A stretch of 61,229 nt of DNA, filler included. It is 4 parts of 4 records of this genome, joined end to end, with 100 filler letters (N's around TTAATTAATTAA, not from the genome) between each part and the next. Parts side by side here need not be neighbours in the genome. Positions count along the whole stretch, not along the records: positions 1 to 28,380 come from SRR2962707_551; 3 more parts are not named here. One strand, given 5' to 3'. A model generated the notes under the pieces. That model was given only the letters and a program-made list of their open reading frames with translations. It was not told the DNA's origin and did not search any database. The position numbers were made by a program, and so were the translations under genes. This document shows positions 1 to 11,263 of this stretch, piece by piece; the stretch's first letter is position 1, and the number at the start of each line of letters is the position of its first letter.

Positions 1-2
1 AC

Positions 3-455
3 CGTTGGTTAGGTGGTATGTTGACTAACTACAAAACGATCCGTACTTCTATCAAGCGTCTTCGTGAACTTGAAACTCAGCTTTCTGACGGCACGTTTGA
101 AAAGCTAACTAAAAAAGAAGCATTGATGCGTACTCGTGAGCTTGAAAAACTTGAGCTTTCTATGGGTGGTATCAAAGACATGGGCGGTCTTCCAGACGTT
201 CTGTTTGTTGTTGACGTTGACCACGAGCGTATCGCTATTAAAGAAGCGAACAAGCTTGGTATCCCAGTTATCGGTATTGTTGATACAAACAGCGATCCTG
301 ATGGCATCGATTACGTTATTCCTGCAAACGACGATGCGATTCGTGCGGTTCAATTGTACGTTTCTGCATTCGCTGATGCGGTTCTAGAAGGTCGTTCTGC
401 GACTGCTGGTTCTGCAGATGAGTTTGTTGAAGTAAGCGAAGCTACAGAAGCGTAA
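3..455 (+). CDS. rpsB: 30S ribosomal protein S2 (5'-truncated)
   Basis: Frame is open from the window edge (RWLGGMLTN); motifs [10 protein letters not shown] and [10 protein letters not shown]; lies upstream of tsf. Confidence 0.98.
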   Translation, partial: RWLGGMLTNYKTIRTSIKRLRELETQLSDGTFEKLTKKEALMRTRELEKLELSMGGIKDMGGLPDVLFVVDVDHERIAIKEANKLGIPVIGIVDTNSDPDGIDYVIPANDDAIRAVQLYVSAFADAVLEGRSATAGSADEFVEVSEATEA

Positions 456-483
456 GCAAACTATTTAGTTTGTTCTGGTTTCT

Positions 484-510
484 AAAGGGGGGCATCTCGC
501 CCCCTTTTTT
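484..510 (+). terminator. Hairpin/intrinsic terminator (attenuator-like) between rpsB and tsf
   Basis: GGGGGC-ATCTC-GCCCCC stem followed by T6. Confidence 0.8.
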
Positions 511-540
511 AAATTTGAATTGTATTGAGAGGATATAGAC

Positions 541-1401
541 ATGGCCGCAGTATCTGCAGCATTGGTAAAAGAGCTACGCGATCGCACTGGCTTGGGTATG
601 ATGGAGTGCAAAAAAGCACTAGCAGCAGCAAACGCTGACATCGAAGTAGCAATTGAAGAGCTACGTAAATCTAGCGGCATGAAAGCGGCTAAAAAAGCAG
701 GTCGTACTGCTGCTGAAGGCACTATCGTTATGCGTGTTGCTGACGATGCGTCTTACGGTGTATTGGTTGAGATTAACTCTGAAACTGACTTCGCTTCACG
801 CGACGAAGGTTTTATTGCTTTCTCAAACAAAGTTGCTGATGTTGTTTTTGCAACAAAAGAAACTGACATGGCTGTATTGCTTGCTGGTGAAATTGGTCAA
901 GCACGCGAAGCGCTAGTTCAAAAAATCGGTGAAAACATCACGCCTCGTCGTGCTGTTATCATTGAAGGTGGTCTAGTTGGTGGTTACCTTCACGGTAACG
1001 GTCAAATCGCTGTATTGACTCAGCTTGAAGGCGGCGACGCTGAATTGGCTAAAGATGTTTCTATGCACGTTGCTGCTGTTTCTCCTCGCGTAGTGCAAGG
1101 CGATGATATGCCTGCTGACGTGTTGGCGAAAGAAGAAGAAATTATTCGTGCGCAACCAGACATGGCAGGCAAGCCTGCTGAAATCGTTGATAAAATGATT
1201 GTTGGTCGTATGAAAAAATTCTTGGCTGAAAACAGCCTTGTTGAACAGCCTTTTGTTAAGAACCCAGAAGTTAAAGTGGGTCAACTTGTAAAAGACGCTG
1301 GCGCAAAAGTATCTTCATTCATTCGTCTAGAAGTAGGTGAAGGTATTGAAGTTGCTGAAGTAGATTTCGCTGCAGAAGTAGCGGCACAGCTTAAAGGTTA
1401 A
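541..1401 (+). CDS. tsf: Elongation factor Ts
   Basis: [20 protein letters not shown] and INSETDF motifs; RBS GAGAGG. Confidence 0.99.
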   Translation: MAAVSAALVKELRDRTGLGMMECKKALAAANADIEVAIEELRKSSGMKAAKKAGRTAAEGTIVMRVADDASYGVLVEINSETDFASRDEGFIAFSNKVADVVFATKETDMAVLLAGEIGQAREALVQKIGENITPRRAVIIEGGLVGGYLHGNGQIAVLTQLEGGDAELAKDVSMHVAAVSPRVVQGDDMPADVLAKEEEIIRAQPDMAGKPAEIVDKMIVGRMKKFLAENSLVEQPFVKNPEVKVGQLVKDAGAKVSSFIRLEVGEGIEVAEVDFAAEVAAQLKG

Positions 1402-1420
1402 TCCTTGCTGTGATGTCTTC

Positions 1421-1451
1421 AAAAAAAGGGGCAGTTTTACTGCCCCTTTTT
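1421..1451 (+). terminator. Rho-independent terminator after tsf (bidirectional-type)
   Basis: A7-GGGGCAGT...ACTGCCCC-T5. Confidence 0.88.
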
Positions 1452-1529
1452 ATGAAAGATAGATTATAGAAACGGTCGTTCCAATAGACCCATCTGTTGC
1501 CTTAGACACAACCCTAGTCGGAGATTGAG

Positions 1530-2252
1530 ATGCCAAAAGAAAAGAGCCCAAACTACAAAAGAATTTTGCTTAAGCTAAGTGGTGAGGCCCTGATGGGTGA
1601 TGAATCATTTGGTATTGACCCAAAAGTATTGAACCGAATTGCGCTTGAGATCGGTCAGCTACGTGGCATCGGTGTTGAAGTGGGTATTGTGATTGGTGGT
1701 GGTAATCTATTTCGCGGTCAAGCGCTAAGTAAAGCGGGCATGGATCGCGTTACTGGCGACCACATGGGGATGTTAGCGACGGTAATGAATGCATTGGCGA
1801 TGCGCGATGCGTTAGAACGTGCCAATATACGTACCCGAGTAATGTCTGCTATTACCATGACTGGGATTGTAGAGCCTTATGACCGTCGTCGAGCAATGCG
1901 TTTGCTTAAAGAAGGCGATGTGATGATTTTCTCTGCTGGTACTGGTAACCCTTTCTTTACAACTGACTCTGCTGCTTGTTTGCGCGGTATTGAGATTGAT
2001 GCAGACGTTGTATTGAAGGCGACTAAAGTGGATGGCGTGTACTCAGCCGACCCAATGAAAGATCCATCTGCCGTCAAGTATGATACATTAGGCTATGATG
2101 AAGTTTTGGAAAAACAATTAGGGGTCATGGACTTAACAGCGATTTGTTTAACCCGTGATCACGCTATGCCAATTCGTGTATTCAATATGAATAAACCAGG
2201 TGCTTTGATTAATATCATGGTAGGTGGTGACGAAGGCACACTGATTAAGTGA
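1530..2252 (+). CDS. pyrH: UMP kinase
   Basis: [30 protein letters not shown] motifs. Confidence 0.99.
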   Translation: MPKEKSPNYKRILLKLSGEALMGDESFGIDPKVLNRIALEIGQLRGIGVEVGIVIGGGNLFRGQALSKAGMDRVTGDHMGMLATVMNALAMRDALERANIRTRVMSAITMTGIVEPYDRRRAMRLLKEGDVMIFSAGTGNPFFTTDSAACLRGIEIDADVVLKATKVDGVYSADPMKDPSAVKYDTLGYDEVLEKQLGVMDLTAICLTRDHAMPIRVFNMNKPGALINIMVGGDEGTLIK

Positions 2253-2259
2253 GGAAATT

Positions 2260-2817
2260 ATGATCAACGAAATTCTTAAAGACGCTGAAGAACGCATGAG
2301 TAAAGCGGTTTCTTCCGTTGAATCTGCATTCAAAAAAATTCGTACCGGGCGTGCACACCCGAGCATTCTAGATTCTGTTAAAGTGAACTATTACGGTTCT
2401 GAAACGCCGTTAAGCCAGGTGGCAAATATAACGGTTGAAGATGCGCGTACTTTGGGCGTGTCTCCTTGGGAAAGTAACTTGGTTCCTGAGATCGAAAAAG
2501 CCATTATGAAATCCGATTTGGGTTTGAACCCTGCGACGAATGGCAGCTTGATTCGTATTCCTATGCCTGCTTTGACAGAAGAAACGCGCCGTAATTACTT
2601 CAAACAAGCGAAATCAGAAGCGGAAAACGGTCGTATCGCGATTCGTAATATTCGCCGTGATGCTAATGGCAGTTTGAAAGATTTGGTTAAAGAAAAAGAG
2701 ATATCTGAAGACGACGATCGCCGTGGTCAGGATCAAGTGCAAAAAATCACAGATAAATACGTTGCTTTGGTTGAAGAACGTCTTGCTGCGAAAGAAAAAG
2801 ACTTGATGGAAATCTAA
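2260..2817 (+). CDS. frr: Ribosome recycling factor
   Basis: IRTGRAHP and IRNIRRDAN motifs; synteny. Confidence 0.99.
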   Translation: MINEILKDAEERMSKAVSSVESAFKKIRTGRAHPSILDSVKVNYYGSETPLSQVANITVEDARTLGVSPWESNLVPEIEKAIMKSDLGLNPATNGSLIRIPMPALTEETRRNYFKQAKSEAENGRIAIRNIRRDANGSLKDLVKEKEISEDDDRRGQDQVQKITDKYVALVEERLAAKEKDLMEI

Positions 2818-2820
2818 ATA

Positions 2821-2848
2821 AAAAGGGTGGGCCTAGCTCACCCTTTTT
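2821..2848 (+). terminator. Rho-independent terminator after frr
   Basis: AAAAGGGTGGGC-CTA-GCTCACCCTTTTT (one G-U pair). Confidence 0.85.
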
Positions 2849-2866
2849 ATTGGCTAAGGTAGATAT

Positions 2867-3598
2867 ATGTCGAAATTGACAGGATCAGGGACGTGTTCTG
2901 ATGCCATCCCTCGCCATATTGCCATTATTATGGATGGCAATAACAGATGGGCGAAAAAAAGATTCCTGCCTAGTATAGCAGGGCATACCGCCGGAGCTTC
3001 TGCGGTTCGTCGAGCGGTAGAAATGGCGGCGAAAGCGGGTATTCAAGTGCTTACCTTGTTTGCTTTTTCGAGTGAAAATTGGAAGCGCCCACAAGCAGAA
3101 GTGGATGCTTTGATGGGCTTGTTTATGCGCTCTCTTAAAAAAGAGGTGAAGCGTCTAAATGAACATCAGATTTGCCTGCGAATTGTCGGAGATTTGTCTG
3201 CGTTTAGCGATAAACTCCAACGACAGATAAAAGAGACAGAGGCACTAACCTCTAAAAATACAGGGATGGTTCTTGTTGTGGCGGCCAATTATGGCGGTCG
3301 CTGGGACATTGCACAGGCGGCTAAAAAAGTGGCTTGTCAGGTCGCAGAGGGCAAAATTTCAGCGGATGATGTTGATGAAGAGATGCTGGCTCAACATATG
3401 CAGTTGGCCGATCTTCCTCCTCCTGATTTATTGATTCGTACTTCAGGGGAAGAACGTATAAGTAATTTTTTATTATGGCAAACCGCGTATTCTGAGTTTG
3501 TCTTCCTTTCGGTGTTATGGCCGGATTTTGATCAATTGCATTTTGATGAAGCCATTCAGCTTTATCAAAAACGCCAACGTCGCTATGGTGGTCGATAA
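2867..3598 (+). CDS. uppS: Undecaprenyl diphosphate synthase
   Basis: HIAIIMDGNNRWA, FSSENWKRP, RTSGEERISNFLLWQ motifs. Confidence 0.97.
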   Translation: MSKLTGSGTCSDAIPRHIAIIMDGNNRWAKKRFLPSIAGHTAGASAVRRAVEMAAKAGIQVLTLFAFSSENWKRPQAEVDALMGLFMRSLKKEVKRLNEHQICLRIVGDLSAFSDKLQRQIKETEALTSKNTGMVLVVAANYGGRWDIAQAAKKVACQVAEGKISADDVDEEMLAQHMQLADLPPPDLLIRTSGEERISNFLLWQTAYSEFVFLSVLWPDFDQLHFDEAIQLYQKRQRRYGGR

Positions 3599-3601
3599 TT
3601 C

Positions 3602-4405
3602 ATGTTACTCCCTCGTATTCTCAGTGCCATCGTGATGGTCGTTTTGTTTGTTTGTGCTGTTTTTGTTTTAGAAAAAACAGGTTTTATGTTGGCTATGGGT
3701 GGTGTTGTGCTGCTGGCTGGCTGGGAATGGGCTAGATTATCAGGTGTTAAAGCGGCACTTTCTCGTGTCGCTTTTGCGTTGTTGGTGGGGGCGTTGTGCT
3801 TTTTGACATACCAACAAGGTTTTCAGCAACACATCTTGTACGCCGCGCCTGTTTTATGGTTGATGGCCTTATATTGGGTGGTAAGTTATCCGTCTATGAA
3901 AGGATGGCGTTACCAATCAGGTCGTTTGCTATTTGGTCTGCTTATTCTCATCACGACTTGGGCTTCCTTAGTGGTTTTAAAACAATCCAATAACTTTGTT
4001 GTTTGGGTGCTCTTGTTGATGGGGCTTATCTGGGGAGCGGACTCTGGCGCTTATTTTTCTGGCAAAGCGTTTGGTAAAAACAAGCTTGCTCCACACGTTA
4101 GCCCAGGCAAATCTTGGGAAGGTGTGATTGGTGGCTTGGTCTTTACTCAGATTGGTCTTGTGGTGTTTTCTTACATGGTGCATTTCTCTTTGGTGCAGTG
4201 GCTTGTGTTAGCGGCAATCGGCTTGTTGACTGTGGCTGTGTCTGTGTTGGGCGACCTGACAGAGAGTTTGTTTAAACGTCATGAGTCGCTAAAAGATTCC
4301 AGTCGTTTAATTCCTGGGCATGGTGGGGTGATGGATCGTGTTGATAGCTTGACGGCCGCCGCGCCAGTGTTTGTTCTTCTGCTTAGTGTGTTTGGGTGGT
4401 TATGA
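3602..4405 (+). CDS. cdsA: Phosphatidate cytidylyltransferase
   Basis: Hydrophobic protein; SPGKSWEG and KDSSRLIPGHGGVMDRVDS motifs. Confidence 0.97.
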   Translation: MLLPRILSAIVMVVLFVCAVFVLEKTGFMLAMGGVVLLAGWEWARLSGVKAALSRVAFALLVGALCFLTYQQGFQQHILYAAPVLWLMALYWVVSYPSMKGWRYQSGRLLFGLLILITTWASLVVLKQSNNFVVWVLLLMGLIWGADSGAYFSGKAFGKNKLAPHVSPGKSWEGVIGGLVFTQIGLVVFSYMVHFSLVQWLVLAAIGLLTVAVSVLGDLTESLFKRHESLKDSSRLIPGHGGVMDRVDSLTAAAPVFVLLLSVFGWL

Positions 4406-5580
4406 TGCAAGGCATTTGTCTACTTGGTGCGACCGGTTCGATAGGGCAAAGTACGCTGGATATTATTGAACAGCACCCTGAGAAATTTAAATTGGTTTGT
4501 GCGTCGGCGCACTCAAGTGTGGCGAAAATGGCGGATATCTGCCGCCGCTTTCAACCCAGTCGTGTGGTTATGGGCTCTTTGTCAGCACGTGATGAACTTG
4601 CTGCCTTGTGTCCTGATTTGCCTATTTCTTTTGAATGGGGTGATGAGGCCTTAGAGGACATTGCCGCCGATGCGCAAGTAGACCAAGTAATGGCGGCTAT
4701 TATGGGGTTTGCTGGACTGAAGCCGACCTTATCGGGCATTCGCGCCAAGAAACGTATCTTGCTGGCTAATAAAGAGTCTTTAGTCACCGCGGGTCAGTTA
4801 TTTATGGATGAAGTTGCGCGCCACGATGTGCTGCTACTGCCGATAGATAGCGAACATAATGCCATCTTTCAAAGCCTTCCTCAGCATGCCCAAGGGGCTC
4901 ATAAAAAACACGTCAGCAAATTGTTGTTAACCGCGTCTGGTGGGCCGTTTCGTTCTTGGTCTTTGGATGAGATGCGCAAGGTGACGCCTGAGCAGGCGTG
5001 TAAGCACCCAAATTGGTCGATGGGGCAGAAGATATCCATTGACTCAGCTTCTTTGATGAACAAGGGGCTAGAGCTGATTGAGGCGTGCTGGTTGTTTGGT
5101 GTAACGCCTGCGGATGTTGATGTGGTGGTTCACCCCGAAAGTATAGTTCACTCTATGGTGTCCTATTTGGACGGTAGTGTGATTGCGCAGATGGGCAATC
5201 CTGATATGAAAATCCCTATTGCGTATGGCATGACCTGGCCAAATAGAATCGAAACCTCGGTGCCTCCGCTGGATTTAGTGTCCATTGCCGCATTGAATTT
5301 TGAAGCCCCAGATTTAGCGCGTTTCCCCAACCTTAAGCTGGCTGCAGACGCTTGGTACGCAGGCGGGACAGCCATGGCGACGCTCAATGCCGCAAACGAA
5401 GTCGCGGTGGCCGCCTTTCTTGAAAGAAAAATTGGATTCCTTGATATCGCAACGATTAATGGCGCGGTATTAAATCAGCTGGAGAGTTGCCCAGTGACCT
5501 CGCTTGATGTGGTGTTTGAGGCGGATCGTATGGCGCGACAAGTGACCACAAACATTATTAATAAGAAGGATTGGGTGTGA
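4402..5580 (+). CDS. dxr: 1-deoxy-D-xylulose 5-phosphate reductoisomerase
   Basis: LLGATGSIG, LANKESLV, PIDSEH, HPNWSMG motifs; start placed at the ATGA overlap with the cdsA stop. Confidence 0.97.
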   Translation: MMQGICLLGATGSIGQSTLDIIEQHPEKFKLVCASAHSSVAKMADICRRFQPSRVVMGSLSARDELAALCPDLPISFEWGDEALEDIAADAQVDQVMAAIMGFAGLKPTLSGIRAKKRILLANKESLVTAGQLFMDEVARHDVLLLPIDSEHNAIFQSLPQHAQGAHKKHVSKLLLTASGGPFRSWSLDEMRKVTPEQACKHPNWSMGQKISIDSASLMNKGLELIEACWLFGVTPADVDVVVHPESIVHSMVSYLDGSVIAQMGNPDMKIPIAYGMTWPNRIETSVPPLDLVSIAALNFEAPDLARFPNLKLAADAWYAGGTAMATLNAANEVAVAAFLERKIGFLDIATINGAVLNQLESCPVTSLDVVFEADRMARQVTTNIINKKDWV

Positions 5581-6923
5581 TTCAGGATATTCTTTCCATT
5601 GTTGTAGCGCTGGGTGTGTTGATTACTTTTCATGAGTTTGGCCATTTTTATGTCGCGCGTAAATGCGGTGTGAAAGTGTTGCGTTTTTCGGTCGGCTTTG
5701 GCAAACCCATTTATCGTTATGTTGGCAAAACAGGCACCGAGTTTACTCTGGCTATGATTCCTTTGGGCGGCTACGTCCGCATGTTGGATGAGCGTGAGGG
5801 AAATGTACCTGAAGCATTTAAATCGCAAGCATTTAATAACAAAACAGTGTGGCAGCGTATTGCTATTGTTGCGGCGGGGCCGATTGCCAATTTTATATTG
5901 GCGGTGATTATTTATGCGCTTGTGGCCTCGATGGGACTGCAAACATTGGCGCCAAAAGTGGGTCATATTACGCCAAATACACCACTGGCCGAGACCAATA
6001 TCCAGCCTGGGGATGAGCTTTTATCCATCAATGGCTCGGCCGTTAGTTCGTGGGAAGATGTAAATTTAGTGTTAGCAGACTTGATTGGAACTAGCGGAAC
6101 CATTACCGTTCGCTATCAGGAAGAATTAAGTAAAGAAAAAGAAACCGATTCAGTGACGTTGGATCGTTGGTTGAAAGGGCAAAATCCCAACAATTTGATT
6201 CAAGAGTTTGGGGTGAGACCTTGGCAACCAAAAGTGACGCCTGTGATTGCTCAAGTGGTCGAGAAGGGCGCGGCGGAAACGGCGGGCTTTAAGGTTGGTG
6301 ATAAAGTCATAAAAGCCAATGGACAGTCCATAGACGATTGGGCGCAGTTTGTTACTTTTATTCAAAACCACCCTGGAAGTCGAGTCTCTGTTGTGGTCAT
6401 GAGATCGGGTGAGCCTACTGTGTTAACGATAGTGCCGGGATCAATAGAGCGCGGTAATGATATTGTCGGTTACGCTGGGTTGGCCGTTGTGCCACCTAAA
6501 TTGGATGAGAGTGTGTTCCGAGAGCGTCACTTTGGTTTATTGGCGTCGCTGAACTACGGCGCACAGCAAACTTGGAAGATGACGGCGTTAACCGTTTCCT
6601 CTATCGGAAAAATGTTGCAAGGCCTGATCTCTATCGATAATTTGTCAGGTCCTATTACGATTGCCAAGGTTGCTAGTGCATCAGCAGATTCCGGGTTGCA
6701 ATCATTTCTAAAATTTATGGCCTACCTTAGTGTCAGTTTAGGTGTGTTGAATTTGTTGCCTATTCCTATGTTGGATGGCGGTCATTTAATGTTTTTTGGC
6801 GTCGAGGCGATTCGTCGTAAGCCAGTCTCTGAAAAAATCCAGAGTATGGCTTATCGGGTGGGCGCTTCATTATTGTTTACCTTAATGGCCATAGCCATTT
6901 TTAACGATATTGCCCGTTTGTAG
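5577..6923 (+). CDS. rseP: RIP metalloprotease RseP
   Basis: HEFGH zinc motif, PDZ region, NLLPIPMLDGG; GTG start overlapping the dxr stop with AAGGA upstream. Confidence 0.96.
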   Translation: MIQDILSIVVALGVLITFHEFGHFYVARKCGVKVLRFSVGFGKPIYRYVGKTGTEFTLAMIPLGGYVRMLDEREGNVPEAFKSQAFNNKTVWQRIAIVAAGPIANFILAVIIYALVASMGLQTLAPKVGHITPNTPLAETNIQPGDELLSINGSAVSSWEDVNLVLADLIGTSGTITVRYQEELSKEKETDSVTLDRWLKGQNPNNLIQEFGVRPWQPKVTPVIAQVVEKGAAETAGFKVGDKVIKANGQSIDDWAQFVTFIQNHPGSRVSVVVMRSGEPTVLTIVPGSIERGNDIVGYAGLAVVPPKLDESVFRERHFGLLASLNYGAQQTWKMTALTVSSIGKMLQGLISIDNLSGPITIAKVASASADSGLQSFLKFMAYLSVSLGVLNLLPIPMLDGGHLMFFGVEAIRRKPVSEKIQSMAYRVGASLLFTLMAIAIFNDIARL

Positions 6924-6933
6924 TGAGGTATAT

Positions 6934-9252
6934 ATGAAGGTCGTTTCAGCAGTACTGCTGGCTTTGATAAGCGTGCAAAGTGTCGCTAAAAATATAGAAG
7001 ATGTGCGGATTGATGGTTTAGTACAAATGCCATCATCAAGAGCGTTTGATGTAATTGGTTTTGAGCAAGGGCAGCCTTACAACTCTGATAAAGTGTATCA
7101 GGCGATTACTGCGTTGTTTGGAACTGGGTATTTTAGCAATGTTGATGTCTATGAAGAGAAAGATGTTTTAACGTTTAAGGTGGATGAAAGACCGTCTATT
7201 GGGGATTTGACCATAGATGGCAATGATTTGATCAAAACAGAAGACCTTAAGCGTGGCTTAAAGCTGTCTGGTTTGGAAGTTGGTGAAATCTACAAACCTG
7301 AAACACTGAATAAAATCCAACAAGAGCTACAGCGTCAGTATTATGCGTTAGGGCGTTACGGCGCCACTGTGGATGTCTCCATAAAAGACATGCCGCGTAA
7401 TCGAGTTCGTGTTGCGATTAAGATAGATGAAGGCAAAACGGCCAAAATTGTTCACATTAATATCGTAGGCAACCATGCGTTCAGTGATGAAGAGTTAACC
7501 AAAGACTTTCAGTCAGGAGAGGAAGGCGCTTCTTGGAACCCCTTCAGCTCAGCAGATGAGTACAGCAAGGCCAAATTACAAGGCGATCTTGATACCTTAA
7601 AAAGCTTTTATCTTGATCACGGCTATTTAGATTTCAATATTGAGTCGAGCCAGGTGAGTTTGTCGCCCGACAAACGCGATGTCTATGTCGTGGTTAATGT
7701 GGATGAAGGCAAGCCTTATACCATCAATAATGTGTCACTCAGTGGTAGTCTGCCTATTTCAGAAGATTTGGTGTGGAAAAAAATCGATCAGAAAAAAGGC
7801 GATGTTTTTTCTCGTAGCCAAGTAACGACCATTATCGATAATATTTCAGCGGAATTGGGTGACCATGGTTACCTGTTCACCAACGTTAATTTGATTCCTG
7901 AAAAATTAAAAAACCATACGGTTAATCTAACCTATCAAATTACCCCAGGGCCAAAAGTCTACGTACGTCGCATTGTTTTTAGCGGTAACAGCGAAACGCA
8001 AGACGAAGTGTTGCGTCGTGAAATGACACAATTTGAAGGCGCACTGGCAACGCACTCTAAAATCCAAGCCTCTAAGCGTCGTCTTGAGCGTTTGGGTTTC
8101 TTTAGTAAAGTCGATTTGAAAACACGTCGTGTCCCTGGCACAACCGACCAAGTGGATTTGGATGTGTCGGTTGAAGAGCAGGCGTCAGGCAGTATTCAGG
8201 CGAGTATTGGCTTCTCTGATTCCGATGGGTTGATTCTAGGTTTTGGTATTTCTAAGTCCAACTTTATGGGAACGGGGAATAAGCTGGCCTTTAACGCTAC
8301 CCGCGCCAGCAGTTATACCGATTACACCATTAGTTATACCGATCCGTACTTTACGGTGGATGGCGTGAGTCGTGGGGCGAAAGTCTATTATCAAAGTAGT
8401 GATTATGACGACGATGATATCGAGGATTACCAACTGGATAAAATCGGTGCTGGCCTTACCTATGGTTACCCGATATCCGATACGCAGCGCATTACTTTTG
8501 GCGCGACAGTGCAGCAGACATCCATTAATTTAAGTGATGATCCATCGCTTGAAACAAGTGACTTTGTTGATACGAATGGCGATAGCTTTACCGATTTGAT
8601 TGCTTCTATCTCATGGAGTGACAGCGATTTGATTGGTGGTGTGCTGCCGACTAATGGTTATTCAACCAGTGCAAGCTTGCAAGTGTCTACGCCTGGCAGT
8701 GATCAGCAATATTTCAAAGTCGGTTTGACGTCGCAAAAATATTGGAACATCCAAAACTCTAACCTTTGGTTATTCCATGTGAAAGGTCGTGCAGGTTACG
8801 GTAATGGTTATGGCAGCACAGAATATTTGCCATTTTATGAAAACTATTATGCCGGTGGTACTGGATCAGTACGTGGTTACAGCTCTTCATCATTAGGGCC
8901 GAAAAACTCCTATGACTCTGATAGTGATAATGACAGTGATGCTATGGGCGGTAATATCCTAATGACAGGTACGGCAGAGATTATTTTCCCAATGCCGATG
9001 GTAGAGGATCATAAATCGGTACGAACCTCTATTTTCTTGGATGCAGGTAACGTATTTACTGACTCTTGTTACTCGGTCAGCACCAACTGTACGGAAGGTG
9101 TGGATCTTGCGGATCTGCGTTACAGCATTGGTTTTAGTTGGACGTGGATTACTCCGATTGCGCCGTTATCATTTAACTTGGCGAAAGCCTTGAATGCACA
9201 AAGTGGCGATGACACAGATGTATTCCAGTTTCAGTTAGGAACGACTTTTTAA
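6934..9252 (+). CDS. bamA: Outer membrane protein assembly factor BamA
   Basis: Signal peptide, POTRA repeats, VRGY loop motif, C-terminal FQFQLGTTF; ATG after GAGG. Confidence 0.97.
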   Translation: MKVVSAVLLALISVQSVAKNIEDVRIDGLVQMPSSRAFDVIGFEQGQPYNSDKVYQAITALFGTGYFSNVDVYEEKDVLTFKVDERPSIGDLTIDGNDLIKTEDLKRGLKLSGLEVGEIYKPETLNKIQQELQRQYYALGRYGATVDVSIKDMPRNRVRVAIKIDEGKTAKIVHINIVGNHAFSDEELTKDFQSGEEGASWNPFSSADEYSKAKLQGDLDTLKSFYLDHGYLDFNIESSQVSLSPDKRDVYVVVNVDEGKPYTINNVSLSGSLPISEDLVWKKIDQKKGDVFSRSQVTTIIDNISAELGDHGYLFTNVNLIPEKLKNHTVNLTYQITPGPKVYVRRIVFSGNSETQDEVLRREMTQFEGALATHSKIQASKRRLERLGFFSKVDLKTRRVPGTTDQVDLDVSVEEQASGSIQASIGFSDSDGLILGFGISKSNFMGTGNKLAFNATRASSYTDYTISYTDPYFTVDGVSRGAKVYYQSSDYDDDDIEDYQLDKIGAGLTYGYPISDTQRITFGATVQQTSINLSDDPSLETSDFVDTNGDSFTDLIASISWSDSDLIGGVLPTNGYSTSASLQVSTPGSDQQYFKVGLTSQKYWNIQNSNLWLFHVKGRAGYGNGYGSTEYLPFYENYYAGGTGSVRGYSSSSLGPKNSYDSDSDNDSDAMGGNILMTGTAEIIFPMPMVEDHKSVRTSIFLDAGNVFTDSCYSVSTNCTEGVDLADLRYSIGFSWTWITPIAPLSFNLAKALNAQSGDDTDVFQFQLGTTF

Positions 9253-9286
9253 CGTTAAATAAGAACGCATAATAAAGGAATAGAAT

Positions 9287-9781
9287 ATGAAAAACCTACT
9301 AGGTGCACTCATTGGTTTTATGTTGATTGGCAGTGTGCACGCCAATGAGGTCGCTGTTGTCGATTTTCGTGCTGCTTTATTGCAAAGCGCGATCGGGCAA
9401 AAAGAGGCCGTAGAGCCGAAAAAACAAGTCGCTGAAATGGATGCCCGTTTAAAAAGCGAACAAGAAAAACTGAAAAAAATGGCCAACGATTTAAAACGTG
9501 ACGAATTGACATTGGCGCCAGAAGATTTAAAGAAACGTCGTATTGAACTGGCGCAACGTCAAAATCAAGTTCGTAATATGGCCGCTGGCATGCAGCGCCA
9601 AGCGAAACAGCTTGAACAGAATTTGATTAAGACGCTGACGCCAAAAGGTGAAGTTGCGTTAAAAGAAATCATCAAAGAGCGTAAATTAGACTTGGTGCTA
9701 AACCGAGAGTTGATTATTTATGCGAAGGCAGATGCCGACATTACAAAAGAACTGATTGATCGAATGAATAAGGGAAAATAA
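9287..9781 (+). CDS. skp: OmpH/Skp periplasmic chaperone
   Basis: Signal peptide, basic coiled coil, DITKELI end; position between bamA and lpxD. Confidence 0.9.
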   Translation: MKNLLGALIGFMLIGSVHANEVAVVDFRAALLQSAIGQKEAVEPKKQVAEMDARLKSEQEKLKKMANDLKRDELTLAPEDLKKRRIELAQRQNQVRNMAAGMQRQAKQLEQNLIKTLTPKGEVALKEIIKERKLDLVLNRELIIYAKADADITKELIDRMNKGK

Positions 9782-9784
9782 AGC

Positions 9785-10816
9785 ATGGAATATACTCTAG
9801 CCCAGTTAGCAGAAAAGGTTCAGGGTAGAGTAAAAGGCGACCCCGAGTTAAGGATTGACGGATTAGGGACGCTTGAAAATGCTCAGTCACATGAAATTGG
9901 TTTTTTAGCGAACCCTAAATATAAAAGCCAGTTGGCGACAACATCCGCGGGCGCGGTGTTGGTAAGAAGTGATGAGCTGGCGTCGGTATTAGATAATGCC
10001 ATCATAGTTAAAAACCCTTACCTGGCGTTTGCAGCTCTGAGCCATTTGTTTGTTCCCGCTACTCAGAAATGGGTAGGGATGGACGCAAGTTGTGTTATTT
10101 CTGATAGCGCTACCATTGCGGATAATGTCGTGCTTGCCCCCAATGTGGTTATCGATGATGACGTCGTTATTGAAGCAGGTTGTGTGATTGGCGCGGGGAC
10201 GGTTATCGGTCGCGGCGTTCGAATTGCTGAAAAATGCCTTATTTACCCTAATGTTACTCTTTATCACGATGTTATAATTGGCTCAGATTGTATTGTTCAT
10301 AGCGGTGTGGTGATTGGCGCAGATGGTTTTGGTTTCGCACCGACAAAAGACGGTTGGGAAAAAATCAATCAGCTTGGTTCAGTAGAAATTGGTAATCGAG
10401 TAGAAATTGGCGCTAACACGACGATTGATCGTGGTGCAATTGAGAATACAAAAATCGGTGATGGTGTTAAAATCGATAACCAGGTTCAAATTGCTCATAA
10501 TGTTGTAATTGGGGATAATACCGCGATTGCAGGATGTGCCGCGATTGCTGGAAGCACTAAAATAGGCTCTTTTTGCACAATCGCAGGAGGAGTAGGCATA
10601 GTTGGTCATTTGACGATAACAGACTGTGTGCATATTACGGCGATGAGTTTGGTAAGTAAGTCAATTCTTAAAGAAGGGTCATATTCTTCTGGAACAGGAT
10701 TAGAACCGACGGATAAATGGCGACGTTCGGCGGCTAGACTAAGAAGAATCGATGATATGGCAAAGCAAATCTCAAAACTGGAACAACAAGTTAATAAGCT
10801 TTTAACAAAAGGTTGA
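9785..10816 (+). CDS. lpxD: UDP-3-O-acylglucosamine N-acyltransferase
   Basis: Hexapeptide repeats; [23 protein letters not shown] motifs. Confidence 0.98.
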   Translation: MEYTLAQLAEKVQGRVKGDPELRIDGLGTLENAQSHEIGFLANPKYKSQLATTSAGAVLVRSDELASVLDNAIIVKNPYLAFAALSHLFVPATQKWVGMDASCVISDSATIADNVVLAPNVVIDDDVVIEAGCVIGAGTVIGRGVRIAEKCLIYPNVTLYHDVIIGSDCIVHSGVVIGADGFGFAPTKDGWEKINQLGSVEIGNRVEIGANTTIDRGAIENTKIGDGVKIDNQVQIAHNVVIGDNTAIAGCAAIAGSTKIGSFCTIAGGVGIVGHLTITDCVHITAMSLVSKSILKEGSYSSGTGLEPTDKWRRSAARLRRIDDMAKQISKLEQQVNKLLTKG

Positions 10817-10822
10817 TGCTAA

Positions 10823-11263
10823 ATGATTATGGACGTAAAAGAAATCCGTAAATACTTACCCCATAGGTACCCATTTTTACTGGTAGATCGAGTTATTGAG
10901 ATTAATCTAAATGATTCTATTGTCGCTTATAAAAACGTAACAGTGAACGAACCTTTCTTTACAGGTCATTTCCCAGATCACCCAGTTATGCCTGGTGTGT
11001 TGATTATTGAAGCCATGGCGCAAGCTGCGGGTATACTGGGCTTCAAAACAATGGATAAAACGCCTGAAGATGGTTCTATCTATTATTTCGTTGGATCTGA
11101 CAAGGCGCGATTTAAACGTCCTGTTGTTCCTGGTGATAGACTACAATTAGAAGCCAAGATCATTACTGAAAAACGTGGTATTTGGAAATTCGAATGTAAA
11201 GCAACCGTCGATGGCGAGCTTGCTTGTTCCGCAACTATTATGTGTGCAGACAGGAAATTATAG
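10823..11263 (+). CDS. fabZ: 3-hydroxyacyl-ACP dehydratase
   Basis: [11 protein letters not shown] and [20 protein letters not shown] motifs. Confidence 0.99.
   Translation: MIMDVKEIRKYLPHRYPFLLVDRVIEINLNDSIVAYKNVTVNEPFFTGHFPDHPVMPGVLIIEAMAQAAGILGFKTMDKTPEDGSIYYFVGSDKARFKRPVVPGDRLQLEAKIITEKRGIWKFECKATVDGELACSATIMCADRKL

Noticed and set aside
11224..11262. N-terminal extensions in the ORF track for lpxA (also bamA, the HlyD gene and the PDR reductase)
   Set aside because: Produced by upstream TTG codons; downstream starts fit the RBS, gene overlaps and family N-termini better
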